A DNA stretch of 64,000 bases from an uncultured Aquiluna sp. GTDB taxonomy: Bacteria; Actinomycetota; Actinomycetes; Actinomycetales; Microbacteriaceae. The notes beneath the pieces are model-generated. The model had not been told where the DNA came from, did no database searches, and saw nothing but the letters and a program-made list of their open reading frames with translations. The DNA lies in NCBI GenBank assembly GCA_913775595.1, contig CAJYLB010000001.1, positions 744,001 to 808,000 on the forward strand. Reading direction: 5' to 3'. Made by a program: the position numbers and the translations under genes. Position 1 is the first letter of the stretch; every line of letters begins with the position of its first letter. Shown here piece by piece: positions 38,960 through 48,105 of the stretch.

Positions 38960-39847
38960 TTAGAAGCCGCGCCCGATTTGGGAAAGTCTCTCAACTCGCT
39001 TGGGGATTGGTGGGTGAGTGGAGAAAAGACGCTCCACCAAACCTGGCTTGAGAGGGTCGTTGATGTACATGTGAGCCATCGCGGTATTTGCCCTCTTCAT
39101 TGGCTTTCCATACTCACCAAGTTTCTGCAGAGCTGAGGCCAGTCCGTCTGGATACCTCGTCATTTCGGCACCTGAGGCGTCTGCGAGATACTCGCGCTGC
39201 CTCGAAACTGCTGCCGATACCATGGGGCCAATTAGCCAGGCGATGATCCAACCCACAAGCCCAATCACGACCAAGAAGGCCATCATTTGGCCGTTATTGC
39301 GATTGCGATTGAAAGACGAGTACCACGCCATCCGGATAGCGATGTCGGCCAAGATTCCAATCGCGGAAACCAGCCCAAAGACAATGGTCGAGACCCTGAT
39401 GTCGTAATTCTTCACGTGACCGAGCTCGTGAGCCATGACCCCCTCCAGCTCGTTGTCGTCCATGATCTCGAGAAGGCCAGTTGTTGCAGCGACTATCGCA
39501 TTTTCGGGATTTCTACCGGTAGCAAAAGCATTGGGAGCGGGGTCATTGATGATGTAGACCTTGGGCATCGGCATGCCCTGCGAGATGGCAAGGTTCTCAA
39601 CTGTGTTCCAGAGCCGCGGATTATCCCTCTTTTCAATTTGCTTAGCGCCACTCATCGCAACAGCCAGCCTTGAGGCCGCGAAGTACTGGAAGATCGTGTA
39701 TCCGAGAACAAACAGCACAATCAAAATGGCACTGGAGCCGTTTCCCGAATACTGCCCCCACCAAACAGCCAGTGCGGTAAGCAGGCCAACAAACAGGCCA
39801 ATGATGATTACCGTGTTGCGCTTATTGGCCGCAATTGCCCGATACAA
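38960..39847 (-). CDS. htpX: M48 zinc metalloprotease HtpX
   Basis: PNAFATG, HELGH, REYLAD, FSTHP. Confidence 0.94.
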   Translation of the reverse strand: MYRAIAANKRNTVIIIGLFVGLLTALAVWWGQYSGNGSSAILIVLFVLGYTIFQYFAASRLAVAMSGAKQIEKRDNPRLWNTVENLAISQGMPMPKVYIINDPAPNAFATGRNPENAIVAATTGLLEIMDDNELEGVMAHELGHVKNYDIRVSTIVFGLVSAIGILADIAIRMAWYSSFNRNRNNGQMMAFLVVIGLVGWIIAWLIGPMVSAAVSRQREYLADASGAEMTRYPDGLASALQKLGEYGKPMKRANTAMAHMYINDPLKPGLVERLFSTHPPIPKRVERLSQIGRGF

Positions 39848-39856
39848 GCTCTACCC

Positions 39857-40423
39857 CTAGAAGTTGACCGTTGGGGGCTCTTGGATGCTTGCCGCATCCT
39901 CTACCTCAAAGAATTCTCTTTCGGTGAAACCAAGGCCTCCGGCGAAAATGTTGTTTGGGAATTGCACGATCTTTGTGTTGAGCTCCCGGACTCCGCCGTT
40001 GAAGAAACGACGAGAAGCCATGATCTTGTCCTCGGTGTCTGTCAGCTCGCGCTGCAGCTCCAGGAAGTTAGTTGAGGCAACCAACTGCGGATACGCCTCT
40101 GATACGGCGAAGAGGCTCTTCAGGGCACCCTGCAGCATTCCCTCCGCCTGCGCTGCCTTGGCTGGGTGCTCGAGCGACTCTGGGGAAACTGTTGCTGCTC
40201 TAGCTTTGGTTACGTTCTCAAAGACTTCGCGCTCGTGAGAGGCGTAGCCCCGAACGGTTTCGATAAGGTTCGGGATTAGATCAGCCCTGCGCTTTAGCTG
40301 GACTGTGATGTCGCTCCACGCCTCATCAACTCTTATCTTGAGGGCCACCAACGCGTTATAGGTGATCCAGAGGTAGATGCCAATAACGGCAGCAATACCT
40401 AGGGCAATAAGCAGAATTTCCAT
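39857..40423 (-). CDS. lemA: LemA family protein
   Basis: YN.L, QLKRRADLIPNL, EAYPQL, FPNN. Confidence 0.95.
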   Translation of the reverse strand: MEILLIALGIAAVIGIYLWITYNALVALKIRVDEAWSDITVQLKRRADLIPNLIETVRGYASHEREVFENVTKARAATVSPESLEHPAKAAQAEGMLQGALKSLFAVSEAYPQLVASTNFLELQRELTDTEDKIMASRRFFNGGVRELNTKIVQFPNNIFAGGLGFTEREFFEVEDAASIQEPPTVNF

Positions 40424-40488
40424 GTCGCTCCTTTAGGGCCGTCTAACAGACTAAGCGAAAAAACTGCGCGTTTGCTGAACAAAAGCAG

Positions 40489-40561
40489 TGCCCCGAGTGG
40501 GACTCGAACCCACACTGTGGCGATTTTAAGTCGCCTGCCTCTGCCATTGGGCTATCGGGGC
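40489..40561 (-). tRNA. tRNA-Leu(TAA), short variable loop, CCA not encoded
   Basis: GCCCCGA acceptor stem, GGCGA-CTTAAAA-TCGCC anticodon arm, GTGGG-TTCGAGT-CCCAC T arm, discriminator A. Confidence 0.93.
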
Positions 40562-40591
40562 AAAAACAAAAGGCCCGGGAAGACCCGGGCC
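40562..40591 (-). terminator. Intrinsic terminator-like hairpin after ndh, abutting the tRNA-Leu 5' end
   Basis: Minus strand GGCCCGGG-TCTT-CCCGGGCC then TTTTGTTTTT. Confidence 0.75.
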
Positions 40592-40605
40592 CAATGCTGA
40601 TAAAA

Positions 40606-41997
40606 CTACTTACCAGGCTTGGTGGCCCAGGTCTCAAAGAATAATCGTGGCGAACGAACTGCCTCAATCGTCACCATGTCTCTACCGAGAATGGCGTTCC
40701 AAATCCAGCCAGCGACAACCCTGATCTTGCGCTCCCAAGTCGGCATAGCAAGACCGTGGTAGCCGCGGTGGGCAATCCACGGGAGGAAGCCGGTCATTCC
40801 GAAGTTGCCGACCTTGATGGCACCTACACCGATTCCAAGCCCTGCAACCGCACCAATCGTCTTCCAGCGGTACTCGCGAATCTCCTCGCCGCGAATTGAC
40901 GCAACGATGTTTTTGGCCAAAAGCTTTGCCTGGCGAACGGCGTGTTGGGCGTTGGGCACGCAGTAACCGCCGACGCCGCCACCAGTTAGGTCGGGAACAG
41001 CGGAGACATCCCCAGCAGTCCAGGCACCATCGATGGGCTTGTCGTTCTCAAGAATCTGGAGCTTTGCGTTTGCAATGACTCGGAATCGCTCGTCTAGCGG
41101 GAAGCTGCAGTTCTTGGCAACGGGAGCCGCGGCAACACCAGCGGTCCAAATGATTAGGTTCGACTCCATGCTCTCACCACTTGAGAGCTTTACCACGCCG
41201 TTTTCCGCCGAGACCACCTGGGTGTTCAGGTGAACATAGCCAGCTCGACTGTTCAGGTTATTTACTACCCAGTTGGCTGTCTTCTCGTTCACCTCGGGCA
41301 TGATGCGTCCCATGGCCTCGATGAGGTGGAACTGAACATCATCAAAATCAATCTCGGGGTAATAGCGCAGCAAGTGTGTGGCTGCGCTGCGAAGCTCTGC
41401 GAATGCCTCGATGCCGGCAAATCCACCACCGACAACTATTACAGTCAGCAGTCGCTGCCTGAGCTTTGAATTTTTTGGAAGTGCGGCTGCGCGCTCGAAA
41501 TTACCAATCAGACGGTTTCGAACCTCAACGGCTTCCTCGATGGTCTTCAGGCCAATCGCCTGCTCGGCGATTCCCTTGATCGGGAAGGTTCTTGTAACAG
41601 CACCGGCCGTCATGACAATCTGGTCGTATTCGAGGACTAGGTCTTTACCACCATCAACGGCAATCGTTGCCTTTTGCGCCTTGTGGTTGACCTTTTTCAG
41701 CTTTCCAGAGACCATGCGAGTCTTCTTGAGGTGCTGCCTGTGAGAAACAACCACGTGCCTCGGCTCGATTGAACCCGCAGCAACCTCCGGCAGAAATGGC
41801 TGGTAGGTCATGTATGGCAAAGGGTCGACCATGGTGACCTCTGCCTCACCGCGACGAAGGGTCTTCTCCAGTTTCCATGCAGTGTAGAAGCCGGCGTAGC
41901 CACCTCCAATGATGAGGATCCGCTGAGGCGGCTTGGGGTTTGTAACCTCTTGCACGATTGCTGGTGGGGTCTTTGACTTTGTGGTCGCGACGGTCAT
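40606..41997 (-). CDS. ndh: Type II NADH dehydrogenase-like FAD oxidoreductase
   Basis: IIGGGYAG, YQPFLPEVAAG, VVGGGFAGIE, WTAGV, AQHAVRQ. Confidence 0.88.
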   Translation of the reverse strand: MTVATTKSKTPPAIVQEVTNPKPPQRILIIGGGYAGFYTAWKLEKTLRRGEAEVTMVDPLPYMTYQPFLPEVAAGSIEPRHVVVSHRQHLKKTRMVSGKLKKVNHKAQKATIAVDGGKDLVLEYDQIVMTAGAVTRTFPIKGIAEQAIGLKTIEEAVEVRNRLIGNFERAAALPKNSKLRQRLLTVIVVGGGFAGIEAFAELRSAATHLLRYYPEIDFDDVQFHLIEAMGRIMPEVNEKTANWVVNNLNSRAGYVHLNTQVVSAENGVVKLSSGESMESNLIIWTAGVAAAPVAKNCSFPLDERFRVIANAKLQILENDKPIDGAWTAGDVSAVPDLTGGGVGGYCVPNAQHAVRQAKLLAKNIVASIRGEEIREYRWKTIGAVAGLGIGVGAIKVGNFGMTGFLPWIAHRGYHGLAMPTWERKIRVVAGWIWNAILGRDMVTIEAVRSPRLFFETWATKPGK

Positions 41998-43193
41998 GAG
42001 CCTTCTTTTATAGTTCTTGCTTTTGCCTTATTACCGCGTCTCAAACTGTTGATTATGAGAACTACTAGCAACAGCGCTATGGGTAACAAAAGATAGGTTA
42101 GCGGATTCACAGGGGGGTCTGCCTGAGGAATCTCTGTGGTGACTTCAGATTCCTCCCGCTCACCCTCAACTCCGGGCAGTGTCGGGATAATTAACTCGGC
42201 GCTGTCTTCCTGGACCTCCGACCCGCGATAAAGCTCAATCCAGCGAGCCAAAGAGCCAAGTGGATTGCTGGATGCCACCTCACTCGAGTCAACAGCTGCG
42301 ACGGGATCGATTAGCCCAAAGCCATAGGTCGCATCGAAGCCTGGCTCTCCTAGATCAATGGCGGTGGAGATGACCCGCTGAATAATGTCGTTTGCGCTGG
42401 CGACTGGATCTGCTTGGCGCATAAGAGCGACCATCCCGGTCACTATGGGAGCGGCAGCAGAAGAGCCCTCCCACATCTTGATCTCACCACCTGGATAACT
42501 CCCGAGCATCTCTACCCCAGGTGCCGCAACCGCTACGCCAATGCCACTTGCTCCCGCCGTCGAGTTGACATTGCCGCCTCTGTCAACCGCAGTCACCGAG
42601 AGGACACCGGGTATTGTCGCCGGTGCAGTAGCGCCTGTTTGAGACTCACGATTGCCACTGGCGGCAACGATCACCACATCGTTTTCAAAGGCATACAAAA
42701 ACGCCTCATCCCAGCTCTCAGGCCAGCGCTCTGAGTTGCGAGAAAGAGAGAGGTTTATAACACTTGCCCCATTGTCCACCGCCCAGATAATCGCCTGGGC
42801 CACTTGCGCGTCGGTGTCAGCTCCCCCAACGCCCAAACCAACCGAAATAGCCAATAGCTCGACACCAGGTGCGATACCAATTACCCCGCCTGTAGCTCTC
42901 CCCTGCCCCGCTATGAGTGAGCTCACCATTGTCCCGTGAAACCCACCAGGCCCAACCGGCTGGGTGCCATCGGGTGTACCGATGCCCGAGAAGTCTGCAC
43001 CTGCTATCACCATGCCTGCAAGATCGGGGTGGTCATCGTCAATGCCGGTATCGATAACCGCAACACGCACCCCACTCCCATCAAGTGCAATCTCGTTGAA
43101 ACCACGATCATCGAGCCACCAGTGCTCACTGGCAGAGGCCGTGGTGGTCAGCAAAACTGCGCTCAGGGCAAGGGCTATCAGGCGCAAGTGCAC
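41994..43193 (-). CDS. S8 subtilisin-like serine peptidase with signal peptide and C-terminal TM anchor
   Basis: VAVIDTG, HGT, AASGN, GSSAAAP triad motifs; GTG 43193 after GGGAG. Confidence 0.9.
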   Translation of the reverse strand: MHLRLIALALSAVLLTTTASASEHWWLDDRGFNEIALDGSGVRVAVIDTGIDDDHPDLAGMVIAGADFSGIGTPDGTQPVGPGGFHGTMVSSLIAGQGRATGGVIGIAPGVELLAISVGLGVGGADTDAQVAQAIIWAVDNGASVINLSLSRNSERWPESWDEAFLYAFENDVVIVAASGNRESQTGATAPATIPGVLSVTAVDRGGNVNSTAGASGIGVAVAAPGVEMLGSYPGGEIKMWEGSSAAAPIVTGMVALMRQADPVASANDIIQRVISTAIDLGEPGFDATYGFGLIDPVAAVDSSEVASSNPLGSLARWIELYRGSEVQEDSAELIIPTLPGVEGEREESEVTTEIPQADPPVNPLTYLLLPIALLLVVLIINSLRRGNKAKARTIKEGS

Positions 43194-43660
43194 ACTCCCT
43201 GCGACCAAGAAAGCTCCTTGAGCGCCATGTCTCCAATTGGGTTGACACCGCTCCCCTTGGCGAGGGAATGGGCCACGAGCGAATGCAGGCACTTAACTCT
43301 GGTAGGCATGCCTCCTGCCGAAATACCTGCAATCTCATCCACCTCGGCAATCTGTTCGCGCTCAGCCAGATACTGCTGGTGGGCCGAGTGATACCTGGCG
43401 CTCAGCTCCGTATCTTCCTCGAGCAGCTGTTGAACCCGGGCCATGTAACCGGAGGCCTCAAGGGTTGAGACAGCGGCAGTCGCGGAGGGCTGGGTCAGGT
43501 AGTAAAGAGTGGGAAATGGTGTTCCGTCCTCAAGCCTCGGCTCAGTCTTCACCACCACCGGCCTACCGCATACGCACCTGGCTGAGACCTCGACAATGTT
43601 TCTTGCGGGCCTACCCAGTTGCCTCGATACCTCTTCGATATCTTCGGCAGAGATGCTCAC
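43178..43660 (-). CDS. DUF501 family protein
   Basis: QLGR, GTPFPTLYYL, GGMPTRVKCLH. Confidence 0.9.
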   Translation of the reverse strand: MSISAEDIEEVSRQLGRPARNIVEVSARCVCGRPVVVKTEPRLEDGTPFPTLYYLTQPSATAAVSTLEASGYMARVQQLLEEDTELSARYHSAHQQYLAEREQIAEVDEIAGISAGGMPTRVKCLHSLVAHSLAKGSGVNPIGDMALKELSWSQGVCTCA

Positions 43661-44160
43661 TCTTCCTCCGGCTGTTCGAGCGCAGACCTTAGAAAGCTCT
43701 CCAAGAGAGAGTCCACCCAGTTATCCTCCGCGGCCGAGACCTCGGCACTTATCTCATCTGCGCTCCGTCGTTCGGAGAGCATTGCTCCGACGGTGCCAGA
43801 GGTATCAGAAAAGTCCATGCCTTCAGAGTCCATCACCAAATACGAAACCTCTCCGGGGAGGACGTAGTAGAGGCGGTCCCGGGCCTGCGAGCGTATGTAG
43901 ACCGGGTCCTGCCAGCGATCTCGCTCGGCCTGCATCTCCTCAACAGCGGCCTCCGCCTGCGCAATGCTCTCTTCCATCTCAACGATTTCTCGCCGTTGAT
44001 CGAGGTAGGTCTGAACATCTTGAGAGACGATAAATGTCCCCAGCACAATGACTGAAATCAGGCTCACCCAGCTGCTATTGAGCCTGAGCATGCGCAGCAT
44101 CAACTTGCCCTGGGTCAGGGCAACTGGAACCTTAGGTTCTTTCTTGGGTGACTGCGCCAT
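43657..44160 (-). CDS. ftsB: Septum formation initiator FtsB/DivIC
   Basis: TM + coiled coil + DPVYIRSQARDRL..V.PGE; directly downstream of eno. Confidence 0.88.
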   Translation of the reverse strand: MAQSPKKEPKVPVALTQGKLMLRMLRLNSSWVSLISVIVLGTFIVSQDVQTYLDQRREIVEMEESIAQAEAAVEEMQAERDRWQDPVYIRSQARDRLYYVLPGEVSYLVMDSEGMDFSDTSGTVGAMLSERRSADEISAEVSAAEDNWVDSLLESFLRSALEQPEEE

Positions 44161-44197
44161 ATTCCAAAAAGTTTAGGAGCAGCCGCCTAAGTTGCTG

Positions 44198-45550
<1,353 letters not shown>

Positions 45551-45557
45551 CTAGCGT

Positions 45558-46730
45558 TTAGCTAAGTGGCTTGATTTCTAGGGCTTGTCTCTCTGCCATG
45601 AAGGCAAAGGACTCGAAGCCGCTGGCCGATAGCTCCTCAAGTTGAGCCTTTAGGTTTTTTGCCTTCTTCTCTAGCCTCACGGTGTAGCCCTCGGCGATCA
45701 GTTGCGCTTGAAGGCTAAGCGCAGCGGAGACGTCTTCGTCGATTAGGACTACGAGTGACCTTGCAGAGCCCTGCTCGAGTGAGGCAATGTCGATTATTCG
45801 CTCTATGCCCAAAGAAATGCCGGCTGCGGGCGTGTTGGTGCCTGCCCACCTACCAACCATCTCGTCATAGCGACCGCCGCCACCAATAGAGGAATCCGCG
45901 CCTGGATATTCGATCTCAAAGATTGCTCCGGTGTAGTAGCCCATGCCACGAACCAGACTCGGGTCATAGCGAAGCCGCTCGGCACTGTTGCCAAGTTTTG
46001 CAACCCAGCTGAGCTCCTCGGGCCATGAATCCTCTGTGACTGACAGCCAAGAGCTGACATTGCTTGCAACCTCGGCGCCCCAGCCGCTCTCAATCTCCTT
46101 GGCAACTCCCTCCAAACCAATCTTGTCCAGCTTGTCTATGGCAATCATCGCTGCCTCTTGGTTGTCCATTACGCCCGCGGCATCGAGTGCCTTCTTCAGC
46201 AGCCTGCGGTCGTTGATCCTTATGGTTGCTTTAGTCAGGCCAATAGCATCTAGTGCAGCCAGGGATGCAGAAATCAGCTCGAGCTCGGCTAGCTCGCTTG
46301 CCTCCCCCAGAATGTCAATGTCACACTGCAAAAACTGACGATAGCGACCCTTCTGCGGCCTCTCTGCTCGCCATACCGGACCAATTTGGATGGCCTTCAG
46401 TACCCTGGGAAGACTACCCCGGTTGCTGGCGAAGTACCTCGTCAGCGGCACAGTTAGGTCAAAGCGCAATCCCAGGTCTGAAAGCTCTGACTTCTCAGCC
46501 ATTGCCTTTTCGAGTTCTTCGCCACGCCTAAGAACCTTGAAGACGAGCTTTTCGTTGTCGCCTCCCTGGCCAGAGGTGAGCCTCTCAATGGCCTCTACGG
46601 CCGGGGTCTCAATCTCCTGGAATCCCCTGGCGGCGTAGGTATCGCGGATAATCGAAATCAACTGCTCACGCTTTTGTTTTTCTGCGGGCAGCAAATCTCT
46701 CATTCCACGAGGGGGATTGACACTTGGCAC
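45558..46730 (-). CDS. hisS: Histidine--tRNA ligase with short C-terminal domain
   Basis: PRGMRD, LRFDLTVP, WRAERPQKGRYRQF.QCD, RGMGYYTG, GGGGRYD, GIERI. Confidence 0.88.
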   Translation of the reverse strand: MPSVNPPRGMRDLLPAEKQKREQLISIIRDTYAARGFQEIETPAVEAIERLTSGQGGDNEKLVFKVLRRGEELEKAMAEKSELSDLGLRFDLTVPLTRYFASNRGSLPRVLKAIQIGPVWRAERPQKGRYRQFLQCDIDILGEASELAELELISASLAALDAIGLTKATIRINDRRLLKKALDAAGVMDNQEAAMIAIDKLDKIGLEGVAKEIESGWGAEVASNVSSWLSVTEDSWPEELSWVAKLGNSAERLRYDPSLVRGMGYYTGAIFEIEYPGADSSIGGGGRYDEMVGRWAGTNTPAAGISLGIERIIDIASLEQGSARSLVVLIDEDVSAALSLQAQLIAEGYTVRLEKKAKNLKAQLEELSASGFESFAFMAERQALEIKPLS

Positions 46731-46771
46731 CTGACCAGTTTGTCACAGCAACAAAAATTCCCGCTGATTAC

Positions 46772-46788
46772 AAGTGGCCAAGCCACTT
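46772..46788. promoter_or_regulatory. Candidate TetR operator (7-3-7 palindrome)
   Basis: AAGTGGC-CAA-GCCACTT over the predicted -35 of the TetR gene. Confidence 0.5.
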
Positions 46789-46815
46789 TGCGCGCAGATG
46801 AGTAGTCTTTGACCC

Positions 46816-47397
46816 ATGACATCGGTTGCAAAGCGTGGCAGGGGCAGACCTGTAACGACTGACCCGAGCGCGGTTGGACTAACCGCGCTCAGGCTATTTG
46901 CCGAGCGAGGCATAGAGAACGTAACCATGGACGAGGTCGCAGAGGCCGCGGGTATTTCTCGGTCGAACCTCTTTAGGCTCTTCCCATCTAAGTCAGCGGT
47001 TGTCTGGGGCGGAATGCACCAGTTCAATGCGGAACTGAGGAGCAAGCTCGAGGCAAATCCAGAGACCGACATCGTCAAGCTGCTCCACACCTCATGGGTT
47101 GAGGCAATGCACGTCCTTGATGACTCTCTGGAGACCGTGAGGCTCCGCCTGAAACTAATCGCCAGCTCTCCCGAGATCTACGGCTGGGGCCACGGCCAGC
47201 TTGAGGAATCTAGGGAGGTCATTGAGGATGCCGTTCGCAAGCTAAGCAGCGATCCCATGCGCCCGAGGGTTATCTCAGCGGCAATGATCTCTGTGTCGAT
47301 GGCGATCTTGGTCTGGTGGGCACAAACAGACGATCCAAGAACCCCATCCGAGGTTCTCGATGCCGGGTTCAGCGACTTTGAGGCCGTTTTCGCCTAG
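46816..47397 (+). CDS. TetR/AcrR family regulator (MftR-like)
   Basis: GRP...LRLFAERG.ENVTMDEVAEAAGISRSNLFRLFPSK..VVWG helix-turn-helix. Confidence 0.9.
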   Translation: MTSVAKRGRGRPVTTDPSAVGLTALRLFAERGIENVTMDEVAEAAGISRSNLFRLFPSKSAVVWGGMHQFNAELRSKLEANPETDIVKLLHTSWVEAMHVLDDSLETVRLRLKLIASSPEIYGWGHGQLEESREVIEDAVRKLSSDPMRPRVISAAMISVSMAILVWWAQTDDPRTPSEVLDAGFSDFEAVFA

Positions 47398-47406
47398 GTC
47401 TACTTC

Positions 47407-48105
47407 CTAGCTGTCGGCTAGGCCAATAACCCCGGCATCGGTGGCTTCTGCCAGCTCACTGGATCTGATCTCAACCTGCAGCTCTCTTGTTGCCTGCCTG
47501 AGGGCACGCTCTGGATCCAGCCCAACTGCTCGAGAGCTGGCCACGATGGCCAGTAGAAGTCTTCCAAGATCTTCCTCGGTTTCCATGGGCACCACCGGTT
47601 CGCTTTGCTTTTCTAAGATGCCTGCCTTCTCCGCCTTACCCATGACCTTGCTCGCAAGCGCAAGCGCAGGCATCGACTGCGGAACACCGTCAAGAATCGA
47701 TGTCCTTCCGGGTTTTTCCTTTTTCTTATGGGCATCCCAGTTCTGCATCACATCGTCTCCGGTTTCAGCCGCAAACTTCTGAAGCTCCTCGTCGGTTCCG
47801 AAGACGTGAGGGTGGCGCGAGCGCATCTTCTGCTCCATGAACTCAGCAACGTCCTCCAGGTCAAAAGGCTCACCCAGGGTTCCCTCGGAAGCGAGGTCGG
47901 AGTGAAAAATCACCTGGTAGAGCACGTCCCCGAGCTCCTCAAGGACCTCTTCACGGCTTCCAGCCTCGATTGCCTCGATGAGCTCGTGGGTCTCTTCGAG
48001 CAAGTATTGAATGAGCGATTGGTGGGTTTGCTCCGCATCCCAGGGGCAACCTCCCGGAGCCCTAAGCTGGTGCGCTGTTTGAATCAGACTTGTTAGCTTC
48101 TCCAT
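47407..48105 (-). CDS. mazG: MazG nucleoside triphosphate pyrophosphohydrolase
   Basis: GCPWD..QTH, EETHE, EELGDVL, RHPHVF. Confidence 0.93.
   Translation of the reverse strand: MEKLTSLIQTAHQLRAPGGCPWDAEQTHQSLIQYLLEETHELIEAIEAGSREEVLEELGDVLYQVIFHSDLASEGTLGEPFDLEDVAEFMEQKMRSRHPHVFGTDEELQKFAAETGDDVMQNWDAHKKKEKPGRTSILDGVPQSMPALALASKVMGKAEKAGILEKQSEPVVPMETEEDLGRLLLAIVASSRAVGLDPERALRQATRELQVEIRSSELAEATDAGVIGLADS

Noticed and set aside
40440..40500. tRNA-Leu and tRNA-Gln 3' ends as island integration sites
   Set aside because: No integrase, no duplicated tRNA 3' end noticed, and flanking genes are housekeeping.
41994..43193. Mycosin-like S8 protease as a sign of type VII secretion
   Set aside because: No WXG100, EccC/FtsK or other ESX genes in the window; it sits in the housekeeping eno-ftsB-DUF501-ndh run.
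45558..46730. HisZ instead of HisRS
   Set aside because: Retains RGxxYYTG and GGGRYD His-binding motifs and a C-terminal domain; no hisG nearby.
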